A stretch of 24,000 nt of DNA from Candidatus Micrarchaeota archaeon (GTDB lineage Archaea; Micrarchaeota; Micrarchaeia; Norongarragalinales; UBA8480), in NCBI GenBank assembly GCA_013425325.1, contig JACCLL010000099.1, positions 8,792-32,791 of the forward strand. The letters are read 5' to 3'. Below, piece by piece: positions 7,856 to 15,928 of this stretch. The notes under the pieces are model-generated. The model saw nothing but the letters and a program-made list of their open reading frames with translations, was not told where the DNA came from and did no database searches. The translations under genes were made by a program, and so were the position numbers. Every line of letters starts with the position of its first letter. Positions within the stretch are counted from its first letter, which is position 1.

Positions 7856-8041
7856 ATGGTTCAGAAATTCAGTCTAGACTCCTCGAAGTGCATTTACTGC
7901 GCCGGCTGCGTGTCGGTTTGCCCGGTTTTGGCGCTTACTCTTAACGAAACCAAGATTTTGTGCGACGAAGGCAAGTGCATTGCCTGTGGAACGTGCGAAA
8001 AAGGCTGTCCAGTCGCCGCAATCAAGATTACGAAACCGTGA
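7856..8041 (+). CDS. 2x[4Fe-4S] ferredoxin
   Basis: Two CxxCxxCxxxCP motifs (CIYCAGCVSVCP, CIACGTCEKGCP) in 61 aa. GGTG at 7846..7849 precedes the ATG. Confidence 0.85.
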   Translation: MVQKFSLDSSKCIYCAGCVSVCPVLALTLNETKILCDEGKCIACGTCEKGCPVAAIKITKP

Positions 8042-8047
8042 TTTTAC

Positions 8048-9241
8048 TTGAGACTTCAAACAGAGTATGACGTGGTAGTTCTTGGCGCCGGCCCGGGAGG
8101 AAGCACTTTCGGCAAGAAAGCAGCGGCTGCCGGGATGAAGGTTCTAGTTCTCGACAAGAAGAAGGAAATAGGCACGCCGGTGCGCTGCGGAGAGGGAATT
8201 GCGGAACACAGCGAAGCCGAACTTGGAATCAAGGTGCTTCCAAACGCGATTGCGAGTACGATAGACGGCGCGCGTGTGTTCGCTCCTAACGGAAAAACAA
8301 TTCGCTTGAAGACGCCCAGCACGCGTGGCTACGTTCTTGAGAGAAAACTTTTCGATAAGCATTTGGCGATGGATGCAGTGCGCGCCGGAGCGCACGTGCT
8401 TCCCCACACTCTTGCGGCTTCCCTCATAAAAAAAGACGGAAAGCCGGCCGGCGTCAAGGCCGTTCACATGGGGGAGGAAATAGAGTTCCGTGCGCCGTTG
8501 GTTGTTTCAGCCGAGGGAATGGAGGCTAAGATAGCAAGGGAAGCGGGGTTCGACGCGAAAGCAACTTTGTACGACGTCGACACTTGCTTTGAGTATGAAA
8601 TGGCTGGAGTTCCCTGCGAGCCTTACATTGACTTGTATTTCTCGACCCGCATCGCCAACCGCGGTTACGTCTGGATTTTTCCCAAGGGAAAGGACGTTGC
8701 TAACGTAGGCATCGGAATAGGCGGAAACGTGAACCAGAATCCTAAAGTGCAGTTGGATTTGTTTATTTCAGAGCACCCGGAGCTCTTCAAGCGCGCGCAG
8801 CCGGTCGAGTACAAGGGAGGCATCATCAGCGTCGGCGCGCCCATAAACGAGTTCGTTAAAGACAACTTCATGGTAATAGGCACCGCCGCGCACCAGGTGG
8901 ATCCCATTCATGGGGGCGGAATAGGTTTAGCAATCGAGGCAGGCAACCTGGCGGCCGAATCAGCAGTTGAAGCGTTCAAGAAAGGAGATTATTCCAAGAA
9001 GAACTTGTTGCCTTACGAGGAGAAGTGGCGCAAGCAAACCGGTCCGAAGCTGGCAAAGCGCTTGATGCTGCGCAAGGTTTTGGAAAAACTGTCTGACGAC
9101 GACTGGAACCATATAGTGGGATCCATTAATGAAGCTGACTTGGATAAAGTACTGTCGGGGGACTACAAGCCGGTAGTCGCAAAGGTTTTGATTACGCGTC
9201 CCACCTTGTTGAAAGTGTTGGGCGTTCTTACGGGAATTTGA
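8048..9241 (+). CDS. Geranylgeranyl reductase family flavoprotein (digeranylgeranylglycerophospholipid reductase-like)
   Basis: FAD-binding fingerprint DVVVLGAGPGGS, the GGR-typical PVRCGEG motif and RGYVWIFPKG. About 397 aa. TTG start 7 nt after the ferredoxin stop. Confidence 0.8.
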   Translation: MRLQTEYDVVVLGAGPGGSTFGKKAAAAGMKVLVLDKKKEIGTPVRCGEGIAEHSEAELGIKVLPNAIASTIDGARVFAPNGKTIRLKTPSTRGYVLERKLFDKHLAMDAVRAGAHVLPHTLAASLIKKDGKPAGVKAVHMGEEIEFRAPLVVSAEGMEAKIAREAGFDAKATLYDVDTCFEYEMAGVPCEPYIDLYFSTRIANRGYVWIFPKGKDVANVGIGIGGNVNQNPKVQLDLFISEHPELFKRAQPVEYKGGIISVGAPINEFVKDNFMVIGTAAHQVDPIHGGGIGLAIEAGNLAAESAVEAFKKGDYSKKNLLPYEEKWRKQTGPKLAKRLMLRKVLEKLSDDDWNHIVGSINEADLDKVLSGDYKPVVAKVLITRPTLLKVLGVLTGI

Positions 9242-9250
9242 GGGGTTTCG

Positions 9251-9454
9251 ATGGCAAAAAAAGAAATAAAGTTGACGAAATACGAGAAAGCGCGTTTGAT
9301 CGGCGCGCGTGCGCTGCAGTTGGCGATGGGCGCGCCCGCGTTGGTAAAGCTTCCGAAGGGAGTGCGCAACGCGATTCAACTCGCGTTCTACGAATACGAA
9401 GAGGGAGTAATTCCCTTGCAGGTAGTTCGCGTTAAAGCCGTCACGGCAAAATAA
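9251..9454 (+). CDS. rpoK: DNA-directed RNA polymerase subunit Rpo6 (RpoK, omega/Rpb6 homologue)
   Basis: LTKYEKARLIGARALQLAMGAP...IPLQVVR matches the conserved Rpb6/RpoK core. GAGGGG at 9240..9245 precedes the ATG. Confidence 0.85.
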   Translation: MAKKEIKLTKYEKARLIGARALQLAMGAPALVKLPKGVRNAIQLAFYEYEEGVIPLQVVRVKAVTAK

Positions 9455-9467
9455 GTTTTTTCTTGTT
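9455..9467 (+). terminator. Oligo-T tract (GTTTTTTCTTGTT) immediately after the rpoK stop
   Basis: T-rich run of the kind archaeal RNAP uses as a termination signal. It abuts the stop of the convergent permease gene. Confidence 0.35.
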
Positions 9468-10685
9468 TTATTCGTAGCGCAGTGCTTCAACGGGCTGCAG
9501 CGCAGCCGCCTGCCGCGCGGGAAACACGCCGGAAATAACTCCCACTACTATCGAGAAGCACAGCGCGAACGCAACCAGTTCAAGCGTGACTACTATGGGC
9601 ACTCCGAAGTAGGCGGCTAGCGCGCCCAGTGTGACTCCGAACGCTATTCCGAGAGCGCCGCCAAGAGCGCCGATAAGCGCTGCTTCTATCAGGAAAATTT
9701 CGAGAATTGTTTCATTGCTTGCGCCTATCGACTTTAGGACGCCGATTTCCCGCGTTCTTTCCAGCACGGAAGTGAACATCGCGTTCGCGATTCCTATTCC
9801 TCCCACCAGCAGGGAGATAGCGGCGATTCCGCCGAGGAAGAGCGAGAGCATTGCCGTTATTTGTCCCACGCTTTCTGCAATGGTTAACGCGGACATTACG
9901 GTAAAGTCTTTGTCGGTTGACTTGACGTGGTGCATGTTGACGAGCGTTTTTTCCACGTCCGCCGACACTTTGTTGATGTCGGCGCCGTCCTTTATTATGA
10001 TTAGAATGACGGTTACGCGGTTTTTGTCGTAGGCGCTGCCGAGAATCTGGCGCATTGCCTGCAGGTCTATGAATACTCCGTTGTCTATGTCCGTTCCGGC
10101 CGCGCCTACTTTGTTCAGGATTCCCTTGACCCTGAAGTTTTGTCCCAGTACGTTGATTGTCTGGCCGAGTTCTATTTTTCTTTCGAACAGGGTGTTTGCC
10201 ACATTGTAGCCTATCACGACGCTTTCAGTGTCCCCGTTTTTCATCGCCTTTCCAGAAGTGTAGCCGGTTGTAATGTACTTGTTAAGCGCTTCCGGGTCGC
10301 CGGCGCTGACTTCCAAGTTGACGCTTTCGTCCCGGTATTTTACGGGCGCGAACTGCTGGGAAAGCATTCCCGTGACTGCGTCTATTCCGGGAATTCGTTT
10401 AAGCGCGGTTACGTCCCGGTTGTAAAGCGCTCCTTTCAACACTGGGGTTCCAAGGCCGCCGCCGGTGCCTCCGCTTAGGGACAACTGGCCGGGGAGAACC
10501 ATGATGTATTTGCTTCCGAGGACGGCCAGCTGGTCGCGTATTTCTTTGTCTATTCCTTGTCCTAGCGCAATCAAGACTACTATTGCTCCGATGCCTATGA
10601 CTATTCCTAGCACGGTCAGCCAGCTGCGGAGCTGGCGGTGCGACATACTGTGAAGCGAGTACTGCGCCAGCGACAGGTGATTCAT
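9468..10685 (-). CDS. ABC transporter permease, FtsX/MacB type
   Basis: N-terminal TM, a large extracytoplasmic domain, then a C-terminal FtsX-like 3-TM bundle (ERTREIGVLKSIGAS motif). About 405 aa. Last gene of the ABC operon. Confidence 0.8.
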   Translation of the reverse strand: MNHLSLAQYSLHSMSHRQLRSWLTVLGIVIGIGAIVVLIALGQGIDKEIRDQLAVLGSKYIMVLPGQLSLSGGTGGGLGTPVLKGALYNRDVTALKRIPGIDAVTGMLSQQFAPVKYRDESVNLEVSAGDPEALNKYITTGYTSGKAMKNGDTESVVIGYNVANTLFERKIELGQTINVLGQNFRVKGILNKVGAAGTDIDNGVFIDLQAMRQILGSAYDKNRVTVILIIIKDGADINKVSADVEKTLVNMHHVKSTDKDFTVMSALTIAESVGQITAMLSLFLGGIAAISLLVGGIGIANAMFTSVLERTREIGVLKSIGASNETILEIFLIEAALIGALGGALGIAFGVTLGALAAYFGVPIVVTLELVAFALCFSIVVGVISGVFPARQAAALQPVEALRYE

Positions 10686-10695
10686 TCTTTTTGCC

Positions 10696-12231
10696 TCAGA
10701 GGGTTGCGTGCTTTTTCTTGCGGAGGACTTTTACGTACACGGCGTAACCGCCGACTGCAAGAATCACGAGAATTGCGACAAGCCAGCCGGTGTTGTCGCC
10801 GCCTTTTGCAGAAAGGGTTGCTATGTCGGGCGAGAACACGCTCAGCTGCAGGTTGTGGTTCTCTTCGTGCGGGGTGTTGAACGCGTCCTTGTAGCGCAGC
10901 GTTACGTTCAGCGGATAGTTTCCCGGCGTAAGGCCTTGCTTGGTTATTATCGCGAACTGGGCCGTGCTGTAGTCGTCGACGTCCAGGTTTCCAATGTAGT
11001 TGTAGTCCGTGTCAGTCGCGCGAATCAACGGCGACTCGATTGAAACGGAGAGCGCCCGCACTGTCGCGTCTCCGAGGTTGGAAACTTGGACCGAGAGCGA
11101 ATAACTGCCTCCGTTCGTCGTAATCGGCGTCGGGTTGGTGCTCGCCGAGGCCGATAACTCGGTTTTTCCGCGAACTTCCAATCCCAGTGCCTTGGTTTCG
11201 GTTTCCGTTCCCCGTCCTCCGTCGTATGAAACGTTGAAGGAAACAGAGTAATACTGAGGCGCCGCCGCCGGGCTTATTCCTATTGCAAACAAAAGGTCTT
11301 TAGTTTCGCCGACGTCGAGTCTGCCCACGCTTTTTTCCGCGTATTCAAGCGGAACAAAGAAAGAAGCGGGTTGTAGTGAGATGCGCACGTTTTCGAGCGC
11401 GGTTGTTCCTGCGTTCGTTACGCTTGTAACCACCTGCGTCCTGCTGCCGGGATTGGTGTCGGTCGCTGAAATGCCGACTATTATCGCCGGCGTTTTCTCG
11501 GAAATTGGTACTGGGCCTAGCAACAGTTGTTCAGTACTCTCCGCGCCGGTTACGTCGTCGTAAGTCAGCGTCAGCGCAGCGCTTTGGAGTCCGGTTGAAA
11601 GCGAAGTCGAGGCGATTAACGGGATTGTTTTTTCAACGCTTTCTCCAACGGCTATGTCGCCCACTTCAATGCGCGAGACTCCGTCCAGCGAAAACGAGTC
11701 GCTCGCCGTTATGACTGCATTGTAGATACTGCCGCCAGTATTCCTGAAGTTGACGGTCAGCAAAAAGCGATCTCCCGGGGAGACGGTTTGCGGCGAAATT
11801 TCAGCGGTGCTGACTTCGATTCCGGTGGTCGTGCTTATCGTATACGGAACCGAAAGCGTGACGTATCTTGACGCCCCGCTTGCCGTTGCGTAAGCGGTAG
11901 AAACGTAGCCTATTGTTATTGAAGCGGCGTACGAACCTGCCTTTGCATCCTGTTTTACGACAAAGGGTACCGCAAGGTTGGTAGTCCCGGCCGAGCCAAG
12001 GTCTCCCACGTAAATGCTTCCCGTGAAGGCCAGTCCAGTGCCGCTTGCCGTAAGCGTAGCGCCGCTTACGTACTCCGCACCCGCATTCTGTAGCACTAGG
12101 TTCATGCTGCCGCTGGTGCCTGGCTTTAGCGTGGCCGGGCTGAAAGAATAGTTTTGCAGAGTAAGCGCGTTCACTGCGCCGGCCAAGAGCGCAACCGCCG
12201 CGAATAACAACAGCATTTTAGGGCACTTCAT
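10696..12231 (-). CDS. Secreted, C-terminally membrane-anchored repeat protein (COG1361/CARDB-like beta-sandwich modules)
   Basis: Signal peptide MKCPKMLLLFAAVALLAGAVNA. Four modules share the pattern ..PG.....L.V.N.G (LKPGTSGSMNLVLQNAG, VSPGDRFLLTVNFRNTG, TNPGSRTQVVTSVTNAG, NGGSYSLSVQVSNLG). C-terminal TM plus basic tail WLVAILVILAVGGYAVYVKVLRKKK. Confidence 0.65.
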   Translation of the reverse strand: MKCPKMLLLFAAVALLAGAVNALTLQNYSFSPATLKPGTSGSMNLVLQNAGAEYVSGATLTASGTGLAFTGSIYVGDLGSAGTTNLAVPFVVKQDAKAGSYAASITIGYVSTAYATASGASRYVTLSVPYTISTTTGIEVSTAEISPQTVSPGDRFLLTVNFRNTGGSIYNAVITASDSFSLDGVSRIEVGDIAVGESVEKTIPLIASTSLSTGLQSAALTLTYDDVTGAESTEQLLLGPVPISEKTPAIIVGISATDTNPGSRTQVVTSVTNAGTTALENVRISLQPASFFVPLEYAEKSVGRLDVGETKDLLFAIGISPAAAPQYYSVSFNVSYDGGRGTETETKALGLEVRGKTELSASASTNPTPITTNGGSYSLSVQVSNLGDATVRALSVSIESPLIRATDTDYNYIGNLDVDDYSTAQFAIITKQGLTPGNYPLNVTLRYKDAFNTPHEENHNLQLSVFSPDIATLSAKGGDNTGWLVAILVILAVGGYAVYVKVLRKKKHATL

Positions 12232-12938
12232 TTCAAACCACCTTTTCCATCGCTTTCTATTCTTCCGTCTTTCAAGTGCACCACGCGCTCGGCGTGGTGA
12301 AGCAAGTCAGGATCGTGAGTTACCAACACTACTGTCCGGCCTTCTTTCTTACGGAGGTCGGCGAACAACCGCAGTATTTCGTGGCCGGACTTCGAGTCCA
12401 GGTTTCCGGTAGGCTCGTCTGCCAAAACCATTACCGGGTCGTTGGCAAGCGCCCTCGCTACTGCGACTCGCTGGCGCTGGCCTCCGCTCAACTGCGAGGG
12501 AGTATGCCACAACCGGTCGCCTAGCCCGACTTTTTTCAGCAATTCTATTGCTTTCTCCCTGCGCTCGTCTGCGCCCAGGCCGTTGAACAGCATGGGCAGC
12601 TCAACGTTCTCAACTGCGTTCAGGGTGGGCATGAGGAAAAAGAATTGGAATACGAAGCCGATTTTCTGTCCCCTTACTCTGGCGAGTTCGGCGTCGGTCA
12701 ACCGCGCGGTGTCGATGCCGTCGAGGAGTATTTTGCCGTGCGTCGGCTTGTCGAGGCAGCCTAGGAGGTGAAGCATTGTGCTTTTGCCGCTTCCGGACGG
12801 CCCCATTATTGCGAGGGCTTCGCCGGCGTAAATCTTCAGGTTGATGTCGGTTAATGCGTCGCACTTCGTCTGTCCCAGGGTATAGAACTTGCTGACGTTC
12901 CGCAGTTCAAGAATAGTCTTTCTGGCCACTGATTTCAA
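12228..12938 (-). CDS. ABC transporter ATP-binding protein (MacB/LolD-like)
   Basis: Walker A GPSGSGKST, signature LSGGQRQRVAVARAL, Walker B VLADEPTGNLD and H-loop VTHD. There is a 4-nt overlap with the downstream gene. TTG start; a GTG at 12929 is also possible. Confidence 0.9.
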   Translation of the reverse strand: MKSVARKTILELRNVSKFYTLGQTKCDALTDINLKIYAGEALAIMGPSGSGKSTMLHLLGCLDKPTHGKILLDGIDTARLTDAELARVRGQKIGFVFQFFFLMPTLNAVENVELPMLFNGLGADERREKAIELLKKVGLGDRLWHTPSQLSGGQRQRVAVARALANDPVMVLADEPTGNLDSKSGHEILRLFADLRKKEGRTVVLVTHDPDLLHHAERVVHLKDGRIESDGKGGLK

Positions 12939-13006
12939 CCCATCGCGGAAGGCAATTAATACTCACGTGTTGAAAAGCTTTTTTAGTGCTGATTGAAATG
13001 CAGACG

Positions 13007-14071
13007 ATGAGCAACCTGGACTATTATTTCGTGTGCCGCGAGCTCAGCGCAAGCCTTGAAGACGCGTTCCTGAACAAAGTCTACGAACTCCGTCCCGGCG
13101 TTCTTAGGCTGAAATTCCACAAGAAAGGCGAGATCAACCTACTCGCGGAACTCGGTTCGTGCGTTTACTTGGCGACCAAGCTCGAAGAACCGCCGAAAAC
13201 GCCTTCGCACTTCGCTTCGATTCTCCGAAAAAAATTAGACAACGCAGTAGTGACCGCCGTGGAGCAATTGAATTTCGACCGCTTGTTCCGCATTCGCTTC
13301 CGAGCCCCTTCCGCCGAATACTCGCTGGTCTTTGAAATGTTTGGCAAAGGAAACCTGCTCTTGTGCGCCGCGGACGACACTATAGTCTCCGCGTACCGGC
13401 AGGAAGAGTTTGCGGCGCGCTCGCTCAAGGCAAAGCAGAAGTACTTGACTCCTCCTTCGAACAAGGCAAACCCGTTTGAAGCGGCACAACGGGATTTCGA
13501 GGGCCTTTCCGGAAAACTTGTTTCCGCGTTGTCAAAGAAAATCAATTTGTCTCCGTTTTACTTGGAGGAAGCCTGCGCTCGCGCTGGAATTGCGTTTGAC
13601 TCGGATGCTTCAAAGCTCTCGGCAGAACAAAAAACCAGGTTGGTGGCGTCGTTGGCTTCGTTTTCGTCGGACTCCGTTCCGGTAGTGTACTGCGAGGAAG
13701 GAAAGCCGGCTGCTTTCGCGCCATCCAAGCTGGCCAAGCTGGGGACTGCTCCGTGCGTGGAGTTCGGCTCTTTTTCCCAGGCTGTTGAAGAATATTTTTC
13801 GTCAGCCCCCCGCGAAGCCCCAGTGGCTCACGAGAAGGAAATTGCTTCGCTAAAGCACGCGCTAGCGCAGCAGGAAAAAGCCCTTGTCGAAGGAGAGGAG
13901 GAGGAAAAAGCGCTTCGGGAAAATGCTGCTTTGCTGGAAGGAAAGCTGCATCGCGTGCAGGAACTGATTGACTCGTTTGCGGCTTTGAAGAAGAAAAGGA
14001 AGTCGGACGCCGAGATAGCGCGCGAGCTGGGCGTTGAAGTAAAACAAGGAAAAATAGTGGCCGAGTTCTAG
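13007..14071 (+). CDS. NFACT-N domain protein (RqcH/Rqc2/FbpA-like), truncated: lacks NFACT-R
   Basis: LDYYFVCRELSASLEDAFLNKVYELRPGVLRLKF...YSLVFEMFGKGNLLL matches NFACT-N. It is followed by an HhH-like segment (INLSPFYLEEACARAGI) and one coiled-coil helix, and it ends at ~355 aa. ATG 13007 lies 25 nt after the A/T box CTTTTTTAG (12978..12986). The track's GTG is at 12986. Confidence 0.75.
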   Translation: MSNLDYYFVCRELSASLEDAFLNKVYELRPGVLRLKFHKKGEINLLAELGSCVYLATKLEEPPKTPSHFASILRKKLDNAVVTAVEQLNFDRLFRIRFRAPSAEYSLVFEMFGKGNLLLCAADDTIVSAYRQEEFAARSLKAKQKYLTPPSNKANPFEAAQRDFEGLSGKLVSALSKKINLSPFYLEEACARAGIAFDSDASKLSAEQKTRLVASLASFSSDSVPVVYCEEGKPAAFAPSKLAKLGTAPCVEFGSFSQAVEEYFSSAPREAPVAHEKEIASLKHALAQQEKALVEGEEEEKALRENAALLEGKLHRVQELIDSFAALKKKRKSDAEIARELGVEVKQGKIVAEF

Positions 14072-14352
14072 AAGGACGGGCCGGAGCTGCTTTCGGCAGT
14101 CAGGCCGCGGCGGTCCATTACCATTACGTCTTTTACGTCAAGCACGCTCGCGTACGGCAAGCTGACTGTTCCAGCGCCTTCCTTCTTTGCGCGCGCGGCG
14201 AGGCTTGACTCGGGATTCGGCTCGACTACGACTGTCTCGATTTTGCCCGTGAGTTCGTTGATGTACAAATCAATGACTCTTCCTATTTCCTCTCCGTCGG
14301 TAGTAATAATGCGTTTTCCTGCAAGCTGTTTAGCTATAGCAAACTTAACCAT
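14068..14352 (-). CDS. PRC-barrel domain protein
   Basis: LAGKRIITTDGEEIGRVIDLYINELTGKIETVVVEP is a typical PRC-barrel signature. The ATG at 14352 is preceded by GGTGAG. The track's GTG is at 14370. Confidence 0.7.
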   Translation of the reverse strand: MVKFAIAKQLAGKRIITTDGEEIGRVIDLYINELTGKIETVVVEPNPESSLAARAKKEGAGTVSLPYASVLDVKDVMVMDRRGLTAESSSGPSF

Positions 14353-14524
14353 TTTAGACTCACCCTGCACTGAGCTGTTTGAGTATTTGAAAGTGGGTTT
14401 AATTTAAAAGCATATGGCTAGGAACGCGTTATTTTTTTAGCAAGGGCGAGAGGTTGCTTTTTTTTAAGGCACCGGCAAGCCACTGGGAATGTGCTTTAAA
14501 AACCGTGAAAAATTAATGCGTACG

Positions 14525-14637
14525 CGCCGCTGGACGAGCGGGGAGAGCCTATGGAGGTACCGCATTAGCAGGCCGTTGAAGCAGGAAGGCCGTAGCTAAT
14601 GGAAAGGCTGCGTCACATAACCTTCGCCGCCGCGGCG
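14525..14637. ncRNA. Candidate structured small RNA of unknown class (strand unresolved)
   Basis: GC-rich island in a 316-bp A/T-tract-rich intergenic region. There are five nested co-linear helices: CGCCGC 14525-30 / GCGGCG 14632-37; GACG 14533-36 / CGTC 14611-14; AGCCT 14546-50 / AGGCT 14605-09; CATTAGC 14563-69 / GCTAATG 14595-601; GGCC 14571-74 / GGCC 14588-91. On the plus strand an ACA follows the CGTC arm (14615-17). TATA-like boxes and T-runs flank the island on both strands. Confidence 0.25.
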
Positions 14638-14686
14638 GGATACTTTTAAATATGCGGTCGGCGTTTTTGTTTAATAGGTGACATTT

Positions 14687-14935
14687 ATGAAAATCAAGGA
14701 CGAAGTACTCAAAGTTATTGACGCTCTCAAGAAACAGGGGTTCAACCCCGTCGACGCAGTTTTCGAAGGCGCGGTCGGAGTAAAAGAGGACACTACCTTG
14801 GCGTTCATGGACAAGCTCAACGACGCCCAGTTGGTATCCGGCGTCATCAGAGTTATATACACGGCTGACGGCGAGAGCGTGCGCTTCGTCGAAATCCCGG
14901 TCGGCCAGGCTCCTGCCCAGGAAGCCCAGCAATAG
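14687..14935 (+). CDS. Small hypothetical protein
   Basis: The ATG at 14687 is preceded by GGTGA (14677..14681). The sequence MKIKDEVLKVIDALKKQGFNPVDAV... looks like a natural protein, unlike the two overlapping minus-strand ORFs. I recognise no family. Confidence 0.45.
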   Translation: MKIKDEVLKVIDALKKQGFNPVDAVFEGAVGVKEDTTLAFMDKLNDAQLVSGVIRVIYTADGESVRFVEIPVGQAPAQEAQQ

Positions 14936-14967
14936 CAACTTATTGCTTTTTCTTCACTATTCCTAGC

Positions 14968-15924
14968 ATGGACTCTGTGCAACAGCGCATGCGCAACGCC
15001 GGTTACGTTTTCGTCGGCCCGTCAAAACACGCGGCAATCAAGGTCTGCGCGTGGACCAAGAAAGCGCTTACCGGAAAAGGAGAGTGCTACAAGAACGCTT
15101 TCTACGGAATCAAGAGCTGGCGCTGCCTCCAGCTGTCGACGGGATTGTTTTGCGACAACTCCTGCCTGCACTGCTGGCGCGAAACAGCGTTTTTGGGCAA
15201 GGAGTGGAGCGGTTCCGCGGACTCTCCTGCGCAGATTCTCGACGAAGCAATTGCGGCACAACGGCATTTGCTTAACGGCTTTCCCGGGCACGAAAAAATA
15301 GACCGAACCCGGTTGCAGGAAGCCCGGGAACCGTTGCACGCCGCAATTTCGCTCACGGGCGAGCCAACGCTCTATCCCCGGCTTTCGGAGCTGTTGCGTG
15401 AATTAAGAGAGCGGAAAATGACTTCTTTCCTTGTTTCAAACGGCTTGCATCCTGAAATCTTCCGTAAGCTTGCGGAAGAGAATGCGCTTCCGACCCAGCT
15501 ATACGTTTCGCTGAACGCTTGGGACGCGGTGTCCTTCGCGAAAACAAGCGGCAACCCGTCCAATCGCGTATGGCCGCTGTTCGGCGAATCGCTTGATGAA
15601 ATGAATTCGCTGCGGGGAAAGACGCGCACCGTGTTGCGCATGACTCTCGCAAAAAACTTGAATCTCAGCCATGCCTCCGAGTACGCGGAATTGATTAAGA
15701 AAAGCGGTTGCGACTACTGTGAAGTCAAGGCGTGGATGGCGCTCGGTTCGTCACGCGAACGCCTTGGGGTTGGAGCGATGCCTTCGCATGCTGAAATAAG
15801 GGAATTCGCGCTGGAACTCGCGCGCGAAACCGGTTACTTGCCGTCGGTTGAGCACGTTCCGTCGCGCGTCGTTCTTCTTTGCCGTGACGAAAAAGCGGAG
15901 AAGAGCAGACTGCTTCATTTCTGA
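14968..15924 (+). CDS. taw1: tRNA 4-demethylwyosine synthase (radical SAM, Taw1/TYW1)
   Basis: AAIKVCAWTKKAL...CYKNAFYGIKSWRCLQ, the radical-SAM cluster motif CDNSCLHCW (CxxxCxxC), HAAISLTGEPTLYP and PTQLYVSLNA closely parallel archaeal Taw1. About 318 aa. Confidence 0.85.
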   Translation: MDSVQQRMRNAGYVFVGPSKHAAIKVCAWTKKALTGKGECYKNAFYGIKSWRCLQLSTGLFCDNSCLHCWRETAFLGKEWSGSADSPAQILDEAIAAQRHLLNGFPGHEKIDRTRLQEAREPLHAAISLTGEPTLYPRLSELLRELRERKMTSFLVSNGLHPEIFRKLAEENALPTQLYVSLNAWDAVSFAKTSGNPSNRVWPLFGESLDEMNSLRGKTRTVLRMTLAKNLNLSHASEYAELIKKSGCDYCEVKAWMALGSSRERLGVGAMPSHAEIREFALELARETGYLPSVEHVPSRVVLLCRDEKAEKSRLLHF

Positions 15925-15928
15925 GGCC

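Noticed and set aside
14521-14640. The possibility that the GC-rich island is a tRNA (perhaps intron-containing or split) or an SRP RNA fragment. GAAGCAGGAAGGCC is superficially like the SRP helix-8 GGAAGCAGCC.
   Set aside because: Neither strand has a T-loop (GTTCRAATC-like) or D-arm motif, and no cloverleaf can be drawn. The SRP-like string is not in the correct stem-tetraloop context, and the island is far too short for an archaeal 7S RNA. No C/D box (RUGAUGA...CUGA) pair is present either.
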